DNA from: Ignavibacteriota bacterium
GTDB lineage: Bacteria; Bacteroidota; Ignavibacteria; Palsa-1295
Direction: 5' to 3'
Assembly (NCBI GenBank): GCA_963787835.1
Contig: CAWBEI010000002.1
Span: 192,001 to 256,000, forward strand
Length of the DNA stretch: 64,000 nucleotides
This document shows positions 50,098-61,645 of this stretch, one piece after another. The position numbers and the translations under genes are program-made. Positions within the stretch are counted from its first letter, which is position 1. Each line of letters opens with the position of its first letter. The notes beneath the pieces are model-generated. The model was not told the DNA's origin. It searched no databases and worked only from the letters and a program-made list of their open reading frames with translations.

Positions 50098-51014
50098 ATG
50101 TTTTTAACCAAGCCGTTACCTGGCTCCTCCCCGTAATTCCAAAACCGATCGTCCGAAAAGTAAGCGAGCGATATATCGCCGGCTCAACCTTAGACGATGC
50201 CATCCGCACACTTCGCGACTTGAATGCCAGAGGTGCAATGGCAACGGTCGATGTGCTTGGCGAATTCATTAAAAATCTCGAAGAAGCAAAAAGAAATACG
50301 CGCTATTGCTGCGAGGTCATTCGCCGTATTCACCGTGACGGACTTCAGGGAAATCTCTCCATAAAGCTTACTTCCCTCGGTCTCGCGATCGATCCATCTG
50401 CATGTGAAACGAATGTGCGCGAAATTCTCGTGACTGCGCGCGAGAATGGCATTATGTTCGTACGGATGGATATGGAAAATTCCCCCTATACCACGAAGAC
50501 TATTGAACTCTATCGCAAGCTCAGAACAGAGTTTACGAATGTTGGAGTAGTCTTGCAAGCATATCTCCGGCGAACACCAGTCGATGTTGATTCGCTACTT
50601 GCCGAGGGTACGGCTAATGACGTGAAAACAAATGTCCGGCTCTGCAAAGGAATTTATGTTGAATCGGAATCGATCGCGTTTCAGGATAGAAAAGGAATTC
50701 AGGATAATTATCTCACCTGCCTCGAAAAACTGTTTGCTGCTCGTGCGTATGTCGGTATTGCCACGCATGATGATGTCCTGATTAATGGCGCCAAACAGCT
50801 CATTAAGAAATACGGGCTTGGAAAAGAAGAATTCGAATTCCAGATGTTGCTCGGTGTTCGAGAGAATGTGCGTGATGGTCTGATCCGGGAAGGCTTTCGA
50901 CTTCGGGTTTACGTTCCATTTGGCGAAGACTGGTATGGCTATTCTATTCGCCGATTAAAGGAAAATCCGAAAATGGCTGGATATATTGTGAAAGCTGTTC
51001 TGACGGGGAAATAA
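50094..51014 (+). CDS. Monofunctional proline dehydrogenase
   Basis: RYIAG, DVLGE, SIKLTSLG, RMDME, LQAYLRRT, RLCKGIY, IATHD, FQMLLGV, YVPFGEDWYGYSIRRLKENP. Confidence 0.93.
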   Translation: MNVFNQAVTWLLPVIPKPIVRKVSERYIAGSTLDDAIRTLRDLNARGAMATVDVLGEFIKNLEEAKRNTRYCCEVIRRIHRDGLQGNLSIKLTSLGLAIDPSACETNVREILVTARENGIMFVRMDMENSPYTTKTIELYRKLRTEFTNVGVVLQAYLRRTPVDVDSLLAEGTANDVKTNVRLCKGIYVESESIAFQDRKGIQDNYLTCLEKLFAARAYVGIATHDDVLINGAKQLIKKYGLGKEEFEFQMLLGVRENVRDGLIREGFRLRVYVPFGEDWYGYSIRRLKENPKMAGYIVKAVLTGK

Positions 51015-51082
51015 GTTAAAAATCGAGATTCGGCACAATCCCTGACCACAGTCTGTTTAGTAGCTTATAGAATAGCTCTTGA

Positions 51083-52177
51083 ATGATAATTGTCATGCAG
51101 CGCGGCGCAACGGAGCCGCAGATCCAGCAGATCACGAAATACCTCAGCAGCCGCGGCATTCGAGCCGAACGGCTGGATGGACACGAACAGACCTTAATTG
51201 GCATCGTTGGCGGCAGTGGCGGCTACGACATCGCCGCAATGGCTGCGATGTCAGGCGTTCAGGATGTCGTGCGGGTTTCCTCGCCGTATAGGCTTTCGGC
51301 AAGAACAGGCCATCCAGAAGATACCGTCATTACACTTTCCGATGGTACTCGAATTGGCAGTGATGCACCAAGCATTGTTATCGCTGGTCCATGTTCGGTG
51401 GAATCTGAAGATCAGCTTCGCCGAACGGCCGAATGCATTCGAAAAGCCGGAGTCCGCTTCATGCGAGGAGGCGCATTCAAACCACGGACTTCCCCCTACT
51501 CTTTTCAGGGTCTTGGATTCGATGGACTTGAGCTTCTTAAAAAAGTAAGCGAGGAATTCGGTCTCTTTATCGTCTCCGAAGTAATGGAACCAGCGCATGT
51601 GCCGGCGATCGCGGAGTTTACTGATATTGTCCAGGTCGGTTCACGGAACATGCAGAATTATCCTCTACTTCGCCAGATTGGGAACATTCGCAAGCCTGTC
51701 ATGCTCAAACGCGGACCTGCGGCGACCATCGAAGAATGGCTCATGGCGGCGGAATACATTCTTTCTGGCGGGAATGAAAAAGTGATTCTATGCGAGCGCG
51801 GCATTCGCACATTCGAAAGCTCCCTTCGCTTCACTCCGGACATTAGCGCGGTTCCGATCATTAAGAAGCTTTCTCATCTACCGATCATCTTCGATCCATC
51901 TCATGCGACCGGAAAACGGGAATTCGTTGCAAGTATGGCACGAGCCGCTATTGCAGCGGGCGCGGATGGAATTATGGTCGAAGTACATCCCGACCCAGAT
52001 CGCGCGCTCTCCGACGGCGCCCAGAGTCTGACGTTCGAATTATTCGAAGAAATGATGGGAGAATTGGTGCGCGTTGCGGATGCCGTCAACAGGCCTATGC
52101 TTATTGAGCAATATGCAGGCAAAACAAGTGGCACAATTTCCAATCCTGTGAAAAAAGCAGCCGCGCCGAAGGCATAA
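51083..52177 (+). CDS. aroF: DAHP synthase type I-beta with N-terminal regulatory domain
   Basis: IAGPCSVES, RGGAFKPRTSPYSFQGLG, QVGSRNMQN, LCERGIRTFE, DPSHATG, EVHPDP...ALSDG. Confidence 0.93.
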   Translation: MIIVMQRGATEPQIQQITKYLSSRGIRAERLDGHEQTLIGIVGGSGGYDIAAMAAMSGVQDVVRVSSPYRLSARTGHPEDTVITLSDGTRIGSDAPSIVIAGPCSVESEDQLRRTAECIRKAGVRFMRGGAFKPRTSPYSFQGLGFDGLELLKKVSEEFGLFIVSEVMEPAHVPAIAEFTDIVQVGSRNMQNYPLLRQIGNIRKPVMLKRGPAATIEEWLMAAEYILSGGNEKVILCERGIRTFESSLRFTPDISAVPIIKKLSHLPIIFDPSHATGKREFVASMARAAIAAGADGIMVEVHPDPDRALSDGAQSLTFELFEEMMGELVRVADAVNRPMLIEQYAGKTSGTISNPVKKAAAPKA

Positions 52178-52199
52178 AATTTCAGGTTCGTTTTTCATC

Positions 52200-52613
52200 A
52201 TGACGAGTCGCGACATTCTTCGAACATCGAAAACGATCGCTGTCGTCGGTATCAGCGGCCGTCCGAACCGTCCCAGTAACGATGTTGCTCACCAGCTTAT
52301 GCATCGGGGATTTACGATCATTCCTGTCAATCCGAGTTTGCAAACGTGGAACGGCCTTCAGGCGTATCCGAATGTCTCTTCAATTCCAGATGAGATCCAA
52401 ATAGATATTGTCGATATATTTCGCCGAAGTGAAACCACCCCGGATGTTGTCCGCGATGTACTGCTCCGCAATACAAAACCCAGATGCATCTGGCTTCAGC
52501 TTGGAATTGTGAATGAGGAAGCAAAGCTACTCACCGAAGCCGCAGGGATTTTTTACGTCGAAGACCGATGCACTGCTGTCGATGCGGCACTGGCGCAGAT
52601 AAAGATCGGGTGA
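52200..52613 (+). CDS. CoA-binding domain protein (YccU-like)
   Basis: IAVVGIS, IPVNP, VDIFRR, IWLQLGI, DRC. Confidence 0.9.
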   Translation: MTSRDILRTSKTIAVVGISGRPNRPSNDVAHQLMHRGFTIIPVNPSLQTWNGLQAYPNVSSIPDEIQIDIVDIFRRSETTPDVVRDVLLRNTKPRCIWLQLGIVNEEAKLLTEAAGIFYVEDRCTAVDAALAQIKIG

Positions 52614-52614
52614 T

Positions 52615-53328
52615 ATGGAATGCTTCATCGTTCAGAAAGAGAATATCGATCTCAATCGACGCGTGCTAACACTTGTTGACGATGAAGCCCATCATGCAAC
52701 CCGTTCACTTAGAATTAAGACTGGAGAATCGCTTCTTGCAACTGATCTTTCCGGCACTTGCTACCACTGCCGTGTGGAGCGTGCCGACCTCAGCACTCTT
52801 ACATGCTCAATAGAAGAAATTCTCCCGAATTTTGGAGAGCCAAAGCGAGATATTTTACTTATTCAAGGATTGATCGCCCAGCCATCACGTTGGGAGTTCT
52901 TGCTTGAAAAAGCGACGGAATTAGGCATTAGAGCGATTCAACCAGTTACCAGCGAGCGCACCGAACGCGAAAGCTTCAATCAGGATCGTTCTGAGCGGAT
53001 TTTACGGGCTGCGGTCAAGCAGACAAAACGGGCCCGGATGCCAGAATTACGCGAACTCTCTTCATTCAACGCGGCGTTATCCGAAGCGATTAAAGAGGGG
53101 CGGAAGCTGATCTTGCTCCATGAAGCAGCAGATAATGCCTCAACCCTCTCAAGATCACAGACAAGTAAAGATTCGCTTGCAATCTTCGTCGGCCCGGAAG
53201 GCGGCTTTTCGGATTCCGAAGTCGAGAGTGCATCGAAATTCGGGGCCGAAATTACATCCCTCGGTGTACGCCGGCTTCGCGCTGAAACGGCCGCGATCGC
53301 TGCACTGGCAATCCTGATCGACCACTAA
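52615..53328 (+). CDS. rsmE: 16S rRNA (uracil1498-N3)-methyltransferase
   Basis: EAHH...LR, EKATELG, VGPEGGFS, LGVRRLRAETA. Confidence 0.93.
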   Translation: MECFIVQKENIDLNRRVLTLVDDEAHHATRSLRIKTGESLLATDLSGTCYHCRVERADLSTLTCSIEEILPNFGEPKRDILLIQGLIAQPSRWEFLLEKATELGIRAIQPVTSERTERESFNQDRSERILRAAVKQTKRARMPELRELSSFNAALSEAIKEGRKLILLHEAADNASTLSRSQTSKDSLAIFVGPEGGFSDSEVESASKFGAEITSLGVRRLRAETAAIAALAILIDH

Positions 53329-53343
53329 AAAATCCTATTCCCT

Positions 53344-54423
53344 ATGCCTGAGAACCTTTTAGAGGTAACACACTTAAAGAAATACTTCCCGATCAAGCGG
53401 GGTATTTTATCGAAAACGGTCGGTCACGTTAAGGCGGTCGATGATGTATCGTTTACGATCCGCAAGGGCGAAACGCTCGGATTGGTCGGCGAGTCCGGCT
53501 GTGGCAAAACCACGGCAGGCCGCTCAATTCTTCGACTCATCGAGCCGACAGGCGGATCGGTAAAATTCGAAGGCGAGGAAGTAACGACGATGAACGCTCA
53601 CCGTTTGCGTGAAATGCGCCGTCAGATGCAGATCATTTTTCAGGATCCGTATAGCTCGCTCAATCCTCGCATCACGGTTGGTGGAATGCTTACGGAAATT
53701 CTAAAAGTTCACAATCTACGAAAGACCGACGCAGAAAGAAAAGATCGCGTCAACGAATTACTTGAAACGGTAGGTCTCAGTCCCCTTCATGCTCGCCGTT
53801 ATCCTCATGAGTTTTCCGGCGGTCAGCGTCAGCGCATTGGAATTGCGCGTGCGCTTTCCGTCGAGCCAAAATTTATTGTATGCGACGAACCTGTTTCAGC
53901 GCTCGATGTTTCGATCCAATCGCAAGTCCTGAATCTGCTTATGGACTTGCAGCAACGACTGGAGCTAACCTATCTTTTCATCGCTCATGATCTTTCTGTC
54001 GTGAAGCACATTTCCGATCGAGTCGCTGTAATGTATTTGGGCGAGATCGTGGAAATGACGGATTACAAAACCCTTTACGCAGATCCGAAAGCGCCATACA
54101 CCGAAGCATTACTTTCCGCTGTTCCCGTAGCAAATCCGCGCGTGAAACGCTCTCGTATCGTCCTCACAGGCGATGTTCCATCACCTGCAAATGTGCCGAG
54201 TGGTTGTTATTTCCATCCGCGATGTCCCAAGGTGATGCCGGAATGTTCATCCGTGCACCCACTGCTCGCTGAAGAGGAACAGGACCACGCCGTGCGTTGC
54301 ATTATTTATCCAAGCAGCTGGCCGCAAGGAAGCAATATTCCCGAGCGCATCAAAAGCGGAGCACAGCAACAAATCTCTAAGCAAGCATCCGCAAAATCGA
54401 CATCACCGGTCGTGGCGGCATGA
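53344..54423 (+). CDS. Oligopeptide/dipeptide ABC transporter ATP-binding subunit (OppF/AppF-like), orphan
   Basis: [48 protein letters not shown]. Confidence 0.92.
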   Translation: MPENLLEVTHLKKYFPIKRGILSKTVGHVKAVDDVSFTIRKGETLGLVGESGCGKTTAGRSILRLIEPTGGSVKFEGEEVTTMNAHRLREMRRQMQIIFQDPYSSLNPRITVGGMLTEILKVHNLRKTDAERKDRVNELLETVGLSPLHARRYPHEFSGGQRQRIGIARALSVEPKFIVCDEPVSALDVSIQSQVLNLLMDLQQRLELTYLFIAHDLSVVKHISDRVAVMYLGEIVEMTDYKTLYADPKAPYTEALLSAVPVANPRVKRSRIVLTGDVPSPANVPSGCYFHPRCPKVMPECSSVHPLLAEEEQDHAVRCIIYPSSWPQGSNIPERIKSGAQQQISKQASAKSTSPVVAA

Positions 54424-55025
54424 GTGAGATTCCCATCGCAGAAAAAGATCCCATAGCGAAATACCGCGCTAAGGACGACCTCTTCACGCCGTCCAACCTC
54501 ATTAGCCTGATGCGGGTGATGTTCGTGATGCCGGCGATCTTTTGCATCATGGCGCAGCTTTATTTTCTGGTAGCTGCGATCTTCGTCGCTGCGGTGCTTA
54601 CCGATCTGCTCGATGGAATTATAGCTCGCCGCACGGATTCCGTTACGGAACTTGGCAAGATCGTCGATCCGCTCGCAGACAAAATTTTCATTGGGTTGGT
54701 TGTAATCACGATGGCATTCTATGGCCTGATCCCCATCTGGTTTATCCTTATCATTTTAGCGCGCGACGCTGTAATACTTGCTGGTGGCGTGTGGGCAAAG
54801 AAGAAATTAGGAGTTGTGCTACCTTCGAATTATCCGGGAAAGATTGCAGTGATAACGATCGCGCTTACATTGTTTCTCATTATCATTCGAGCTGGAATTT
54901 CAGGAGATACGAGTGTGCTTCTGCAAGTGATCGTCTATCTCGAATGGTTAAGCGTGGCCCTGATGGCGCTTTCGTTGTGGGTGTATGGAAGACGATTAGC
55001 AGTGTTGCTGGCTGTTGCGAAATAA
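54420..55025 (+). CDS. CDP-alcohol phosphatidyltransferase (PgsA-like)
   Basis: [20 protein letters not shown]...[10 protein letters not shown]. Confidence 0.9.
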   Translation: MSEIPIAEKDPIAKYRAKDDLFTPSNLISLMRVMFVMPAIFCIMAQLYFLVAAIFVAAVLTDLLDGIIARRTDSVTELGKIVDPLADKIFIGLVVITMAFYGLIPIWFILIILARDAVILAGGVWAKKKLGVVLPSNYPGKIAVITIALTLFLIIIRAGISGDTSVLLQVIVYLEWLSVALMALSLWVYGRRLAVLLAVAK

Positions 55026-55043
55026 ATTTTCTCGCTCTCTAGC

Positions 55044-55355
55044 TCATAAATATTGGAATGCTACCAACGCAAGTCCTGAGAGAAGAATAGACACCACAAG
55101 ACTCCACAATAGTAGATTCATTAGAGATGAGTTCTGCGCCCGAAGTGCCAAGTTTCCCATCCCGATCATGAATGTCGGCATCATTATTGCGACAGTATGA
55201 TCAATCATCGATGGTTTTGCTGCAGTTCCGTAAATAATTGGTGGTAATAACTTCATGATCAGAATCATCGGAAAATAAAGCATGGCAAAGCATGCCATCA
55301 TTTTCATTACAAGACCACTTGGAAGTGTTTTATCTGTCTTTGGGTAGTTACTCAT
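55044..55355 (-). CDS. Small Met-rich 3-TM hypothetical membrane protein
   Basis: ATG 55355 follows the upstream ORF stop by 2 nt; 103 aa with three hydrophobic segments; AT-rich. Confidence 0.6.
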   Translation of the reverse strand: MSNYPKTDKTLPSGLVMKMMACFAMLYFPMILIMKLLPPIIYGTAAKPSMIDHTVAIMMPTFMIGMGNLALRAQNSSLMNLLLWSLVVSILLSGLALVAFQYL

Positions 55356-55357
55356 AG

Positions 55358-55660
55358 TTATTTGAGTGTCGATTGAAAGTATGAAAACAAAATTATCATA
55401 CCAAGATTGAGGGCAGGAAAAAGCGTTACACTCGATATCATTATTATCTGTTGCCTTTTCTTCGTTAAGGTGGCATATTGGGAAAGTGCTGGGTGAAGCC
55501 ACGCTTGGTTTAGCATGATGACCAGAATAAAAATCATCTTGTCCTTTCCCATAAATTGCGGCCAGAGACCGAGGGATTTTAAAATTAATCCCATGAGTAT
55601 TAAGGTTACAACCGTTGCAGCATTCAAAAGGAGTTCGGTTTTCTCATAGTATTTTAACAT
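55358..55660 (-). CDS. Small 3-TM hypothetical membrane protein
   Basis: 100 aa with three hydrophobic segments; tightly packed with the next ORF; AT-rich. Confidence 0.6.
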   Translation of the reverse strand: MLKYYEKTELLLNAATVVTLILMGLILKSLGLWPQFMGKDKMIFILVIMLNQAWLHPALSQYATLTKKRQQIIMISSVTLFPALNLGMIILFSYFQSTLK

Positions 55661-55768
55661 AGCGAGATAAACAAGACAATGACAAAAAATAGCACATCAA
55701 GCTTAAGTCGCTTAGAAAACAAGCTGGTTTGAAGCTTTAATCCCTCGTCGTTTGTTCTTTTCAAACTA

Positions 55769-56743
55769 ATGGGATTTTTCGATAACTTTAAGCTTTCGAA
55801 GCTCCGCGAGGGGCTGCAAAAATCGCACGACGAGTTCGTGCGAAAGATCAACCGCATCTTCTATCAATCGCGAAAGATCGATGATGAATTGATGGCGGAG
55901 ATCGAGGAAACGCTTCTGCTATCGGATGTTGGCGTTACCACGACCGAGCGCATCATGTCGCATCTTGTCGATGAGATGCAGTTCAAGAAATGGTCGGAAG
56001 CATCACAACTTCGAGATGAACTTCGGAAGCAGCTTTCCGAAGCCATTTATAACCCTCTCTCCGAGAATGGCTCCTCAAATGCCAAACTGGAGTCGGCCAA
56101 ACCTCATGTCATCATGGTGATCGGCGTCAATGGCGTCGGAAAAACAACAACCATCGGTAAACTCGCCTTTAATTATCGCAATGATGGCAAGCGTGTTATC
56201 ATCGGAGCTGCAGATACCTTTCGAGCGGCAGCAAATCAGCAGTTGGAGGTTTGGGCCGAGCGTGCTGGCGTCGATATCGTGCAGCAACATCCTGGCGCAG
56301 ATCCATCCGCAGTAGCATACGACACGCTCCAATCGGCGATCGGTAAAGATGCCGATGTCGTCCTTATCGACACCGCAGGCCGCTTGCATAATAAACAAAA
56401 TCTGATGGCCGAGCTTGAAAAAATGACGCGCGTCATGCGAAAGCTCATGCCAGAAGTTCCCCACGAAATTCTGCTCGTGCTCGATGCAACCACGGGACAG
56501 AACGCGCTTCAGCAAGCACGAGAATTTACAAAAGTCGCTCCGATAACCGGTATCGTGCTTACAAAACTTGATGGCACTGCGAAAGGCGGAATTGTCATCG
56601 CGCTCACGAACGAGCTTCGTGTGCCTGTGCGTTATATCGGAGTCGGTGAAAAGATTGGCGATCTCCAGCCATTCGATTCCGAAGAATTTGCGAAGGCCAT
56701 GTTCGGAGATGCGATGTTTCAAACGGAAGAAGAAGTAGCCTAA
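55769..56743 (+). CDS. ftsY: Signal recognition particle receptor
   Basis: GVNGVGKTTTIGKLA, DTFRAAA, DTAGRLH, DATTGQNA, TKLDGTAKGG. Confidence 0.98.
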   Translation: MGFFDNFKLSKLREGLQKSHDEFVRKINRIFYQSRKIDDELMAEIEETLLLSDVGVTTTERIMSHLVDEMQFKKWSEASQLRDELRKQLSEAIYNPLSENGSSNAKLESAKPHVIMVIGVNGVGKTTTIGKLAFNYRNDGKRVIIGAADTFRAAANQQLEVWAERAGVDIVQQHPGADPSAVAYDTLQSAIGKDADVVLIDTAGRLHNKQNLMAELEKMTRVMRKLMPEVPHEILLVLDATTGQNALQQAREFTKVAPITGIVLTKLDGTAKGGIVIALTNELRVPVRYIGVGEKIGDLQPFDSEEFAKAMFGDAMFQTEEEVA

Positions 56744-56750
56744 CGGCATC

Positions 56751-58655
56751 ATGTCCATCGTTAAACGATTACCCGATTCCATTTCGCAGAAGATCGCGGC
56801 CGGCGAGGTCGTGACAAGGCCGGAGTCTGTCGTAAAAGAGTTGGTGGAGAACTCGCTCGATGCTGGCGCGAAAAATATCACCATCATTCTGAAAGATGCT
56901 GGCAGAACGCTCATTCAAATTGTCGATGATGGTGCAGGAATGTCCCGCGAGGATGCGCGCACATCCATTGAACGTCACGCCACATCCAAACTTACTACAA
57001 TAGACGACCTTGAACATCTCACCACCTATGGTTTTCGTGGCGAGGCGCTAGCTGCGATTGCATCTGTCTCAAAATTTGAGATGCTTACGCGGCCCTCACG
57101 CGAAGAATTAGGCACACTTATCCAAGTAGAAGGAAGTATTCTCCGTTCGTGCGAATCAACAGCATGTGATGAGGGAACTTCCATTTCGGTACGAAATATC
57201 TTTTTCAATATTCCTGCACGCCGTAAGTTTATGAAGACCGAGGCGACAGAATTCAAGCACGTCGTCGATACGGTCACAAAATGTGCTCTTGCACATAGCG
57301 ATGTGCATTTTATTTTCGTCTCCGATGGCGATCTGATCTTCGATCTGCCCGCGCTTGTGCCATTGCCAGAACGCATCGAGCAAATTTTTGGCAACCGCCT
57401 GCGCGGTGCCTTGCTTCCAGTCGAACGTGTCTCACCTCAATTGCATGTTCATGGATTTATCAGTGCGCCAAGCTTTGTAAAGCGTGTTCGGACCGAGCAA
57501 TTTTTCTTTGTCAATAATCGACCAATCTCTTCACGCAGTCTTTCCTATGCCGTCGCAAGCGCGTATGAGCATTTGGTCGAGAAAGGGGCATTCCCATCCA
57601 CGTTCCTTTTCCTTACGATCGATCCATCGCACATCGATGTGAATGTGCATCCCCAAAAACTGGAAGTGAAGTTCGAGGATGAACGCAGCGTTACCGAAGA
57701 AGTCCGTCGTGCCTTGCAGGAAGCGCTGACACGCGCAACGCAAGCCACAGCAAAAGAAGGCGCGCTTGCGCCTGATATGGCCATGCCGGATGCTATTAAC
57801 ACATCTTCCGATCCTGCAAGAATGCGGTTCCCAGATTATGCCACTGCTCCAAATGGAAATGGCCGATCGACGGCGACCGTTGCAAGAAGTGTTCCAGATA
57901 CCGGCGGCTTAGGCACGCTGGAACGTCTCTTTGGTGGGAAACCAGATGATCTATTCCGCGGAAAAGCTATTGATACGCTCCCCGCAACATCACCCGCAAT
58001 ACTTGCACGACCAGCAGTTGAACATACTGGACTTGCTGCCGAGGTATTGAAAGACAAGCCTGTTCTCTGGCAGCTTCACAATAAATATATCTTTTCCCAG
58101 ATTAAGTCGGGATTGATGATCGTCGATCAGCATGTAGCGCATGAGCGTATTCTCTACGAGCGTGCATTGCGGTCAATGGAGGATAACAATCCTGCCTCAC
58201 AGCAATTATTGTTCCCACGCCATTTGGATCTGTTGCCACGCGAGATGGCGCTCGTTCGCGAATTGCTTCCGGAACTCGAAAAGATCGGGTTCCAACTCCG
58301 GTTCTTCGGCGGATCGAGCATTATTATCGATGGCATTCCAGCCGATGTTCGAGCCGGACGCGAAGAAGGAATTTTACGCGAAGTCCTTGAAGGCTATGAT
58401 GAATATGGCGAAAATCGCACGATACCAAGCCGCGATGCCCTTGCCGCTACTTTCTCCTGCAAAGCTGCTATCAAAGCCGGGGATAAACTCGGTCAGGAGG
58501 AAATGCACATCCTGATCGAGCAGCTATTCGAAACGCAAATGCCTTACGTGTGCCCGCACGGACGTCCAATCGTCATCAAGCTTGCCATCGATGAGCTTGA
58601 CCGGCGATTTGGAAGATCGCCGGTCGAAAGTCTTGCAAAAGCTGAAGCTGCATAG
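56751..58655 (+). CDS. mutL: DNA mismatch repair protein MutL (endonuclease-type)
   Basis: IAAGEVV, KELVENSLDAG, GFRGEAL, DVNVHP, DQHVAHERILYE, SCKAAIK, CPHGRP. Confidence 0.98.
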   Translation: MSIVKRLPDSISQKIAAGEVVTRPESVVKELVENSLDAGAKNITIILKDAGRTLIQIVDDGAGMSREDARTSIERHATSKLTTIDDLEHLTTYGFRGEALAAIASVSKFEMLTRPSREELGTLIQVEGSILRSCESTACDEGTSISVRNIFFNIPARRKFMKTEATEFKHVVDTVTKCALAHSDVHFIFVSDGDLIFDLPALVPLPERIEQIFGNRLRGALLPVERVSPQLHVHGFISAPSFVKRVRTEQFFFVNNRPISSRSLSYAVASAYEHLVEKGAFPSTFLFLTIDPSHIDVNVHPQKLEVKFEDERSVTEEVRRALQEALTRATQATAKEGALAPDMAMPDAINTSSDPARMRFPDYATAPNGNGRSTATVARSVPDTGGLGTLERLFGGKPDDLFRGKAIDTLPATSPAILARPAVEHTGLAAEVLKDKPVLWQLHNKYIFSQIKSGLMIVDQHVAHERILYERALRSMEDNNPASQQLLFPRHLDLLPREMALVRELLPELEKIGFQLRFFGGSSIIIDGIPADVRAGREEGILREVLEGYDEYGENRTIPSRDALAATFSCKAAIKAGDKLGQEEMHILIEQLFETQMPYVCPHGRPIVIKLAIDELDRRFGRSPVESLAKAEAA

Positions 58656-58657
58656 AA

Positions 58658-59419
58658 CTACTGCACCTGAATTAGCTGTACGATCTGACCGGGAGCAGCT
58701 TGACCTGCGACGGACGTTGGGTGGAAAATATTAAGTACTTGCCCATATTGCGCCGATACATACGTATCCACAGGGCCACGGGCTTGGATAAGGCCTGCGT
58801 TGAAGTTCACGATATGCACCGAATGCTTCGCTGAGATGGGTGAATTGGTAGCAGTCTGCTCATTAGGTTTCACTAAAGTGTCGAACGTGGTGTCGTTCAA
58901 TTCTGTAACGGAATCCGTAAGCAGAGGCGTTGCGCTGCCTATCGTTATTGTGGTATCGGCGGCGATCCATTTTTCACTGTCAGTCGCAGCGAGCTTTGCC
59001 TGAAGAACCCATCCCCCGATGATCGGCTTTTGGTGATTGTATGCAAGAACCGCTGCATTTTTGTTCAGCGATTCCAGGCCATAATTATAATGCCAGTAAT
59101 TTCCGGAATCCTGCGCGATGTACGTCGTGTCAACGGAGACTGGATTCGTGTGGGTATTCTGGATAACAGTTACATTCGACTTCCCTTGATAAACGGTATC
59201 CGTCGTAAGTACCCTGGAGGTAATAGTATCTCCTGAGCCAGGGATGGGTTCGCCGGTGGTGGCATTCAGGTTTTGTGCATAATACACATAGGCACTTCCG
59301 GCAACATAATTCACCTGCGGAGTTGTGGGTGTGCTCGGAGGAGGGGTTGGGCTGTTGCTGCATCCACCTGCAATTGTTAAAATAAGAGAGCCAAGAATGG
59401 CAAAATACGATCGTTTCAT
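58658..59419 (-). CDS. Hypothetical lipoprotein
   Basis: MKR + hydrophobic stretch + AGGC lipobox, Pro/Thr linker, beta-rich body; ATG 59419 preferred. Confidence 0.75.
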   Translation of the reverse strand: MKRSYFAILGSLILTIAGGCSNSPTPPPSTPTTPQVNYVAGSAYVYYAQNLNATTGEPIPGSGDTITSRVLTTDTVYQGKSNVTVIQNTHTNPVSVDTTYIAQDSGNYWHYNYGLESLNKNAAVLAYNHQKPIIGGWVLQAKLAATDSEKWIAADTTITIGSATPLLTDSVTELNDTTFDTLVKPNEQTATNSPISAKHSVHIVNFNAGLIQARGPVDTYVSAQYGQVLNIFHPTSVAGQAAPGQIVQLIQVQ

Positions 59420-59589
59420 CTGATTTTGATAAATTTTAATAAGGTCTGTTATATTAATAACTCGTTTCGAGGTCAAAAGTTACACCATGAACTACTAATC
59501 AGACTCTGGCGTCCTGAATCGAAACAGTATTCTATTGCCTCCGTAACTTCTGAATCTGCAAAATCAGACTCATTTTCCCCTTTTCCATC

Positions 59590-60318
59590 ATGAAAACGTC
59601 GCGAATTGCCTGCATACTTCTTATGCTTCCGCTTACCAGTTGCATGAAACTCTCTTCGGCACTCTTGCATAGCTATTCCGGCGATGGAAAGATCTCGGTT
59701 GATACTCGCCCCGTCGAATCCTTTAGTGCAGTGGATCTGGAAGGAGCCTACGATGTGATACTCGTTCAGGGACCAATATCCGAGGTCAGTATCGAGACGG
59801 ATAATAACCTGCTTACTCATATTACCAGCACTGTCGAAAAAGGCAAGCTCACCGTCAGTTCTGAGGGAATACTCAGTCCAACGAAAAGCATAAAAGTTAC
59901 CATAACAAGCCCGAATTTTCGAGCGATCGATATTGAAGGTTCCTCCGATATTTCTGCCTCGACGCCAATTACCTCGGACGATCTAACGCTCCAGCTTGAA
60001 GGCTCCGGCGATTACAATCTGGAGGTTCATGCCAAGCACTTGCACTCCCAGATCGAAGGATCGGGCTCCATGATGCTCGTCGGCGATGTGCAGAGTCATT
60101 CTATAGAGATCGATGGCTCCGGCGACCTCTCCTGCAAAAAGCTCCTTGCTGATTCCACGAAGATTGAAGTCGCAGGATCCGGTGATGCCGACGTGAACGT
60201 CGCGAAGCGGCTCGAAGCCTCGATCGCTGGCTCCGGGAGCGTCCGCTACCAGGGCGCGGTGACAGATGTTCACACCAGCATCACCGGCAGCGGATCGATC
60301 GATCGCGAGACGAAATAG
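59590..60318 (+). CDS. Head GIN domain (DUF2807) lipoprotein
   Basis: LTSC lipobox; GDGKI, ETDNNLL, repeated I.GSG. units. Confidence 0.88.
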   Translation: MKTSRIACILLMLPLTSCMKLSSALLHSYSGDGKISVDTRPVESFSAVDLEGAYDVILVQGPISEVSIETDNNLLTHITSTVEKGKLTVSSEGILSPTKSIKVTITSPNFRAIDIEGSSDISASTPITSDDLTLQLEGSGDYNLEVHAKHLHSQIEGSGSMMLVGDVQSHSIEIDGSGDLSCKKLLADSTKIEVAGSGDADVNVAKRLEASIAGSGSVRYQGAVTDVHTSITGSGSIDRETK

Positions 60319-60319
60319 T

Positions 60320-60338
60320 CAGCAATTACCCATTGCTG
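60320..60338. terminator. Short hairpin between convergent genes
   Basis: CAGCAAT-taccc-ATTGCTG; no clear U-tract. Confidence 0.3.
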
Positions 60339-60344
60339 GACGCG

Positions 60345-61277
<933 letters not shown>

Positions 61278-61312
61278 CTAAATTTAAATGGTGAGGACCA
61301 ATTCCTTCACTA

Positions 61313-61320
61313 CAAAAATA
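61313..61320 (-). promoter_or_regulatory. TAnnTTTG promoter box for mdh
   Basis: Minus strand TATTTTTG ends 44 nt upstream of the mdh ATG. Confidence 0.55.
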
Positions 61321-61553
61321 CGAAGAGAAAGTAGCTACCGCCTGCAGACCAAGCTTTAAATTCATGCTCCCATGTTTCCTCCAAGAAATAGGTGCCATTT
61401 CTTTTTCTTGCTGAGTTCCCGATGGTCCCTGTCTCACCCTCGTTCCTGAGCCAATTTCCCGCATTTGTTCCAACGAGTATTCATAATGCCACTTCCTAAA
61501 GAACTTGTTCATAATGAAACCCATCGCCGCTCTCTATTTTCAAAGAACTCCCC

Positions 61554-61617
61554 ATCCTTCCCTAATCCTGAAAATCCTGTAAATCGTGGTCTAATTCTTA
61601 CCTCTTACTTCTTACTT
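61554..61617 (-). repeat. Heptamer array joined to a solitary GGATT-periodic repeat arm
   Basis: Minus strand AAGTAAG AAGTAAG AGGTAAG AATTAG, then ACCACGATTTACAGGATTTTCAGGATTAGGGAAGGAT. Confidence 0.6.
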
Positions 61618-61645
61618 GAAATAGGTGCCCATCAAAACACATACT

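Noticed and set aside
61330-61550. rRNA or tRNA gene downstream of the boxA-like motif
   Set aside because: No 16S 5'-end signature or tRNA cloverleaf/T-loop visible.
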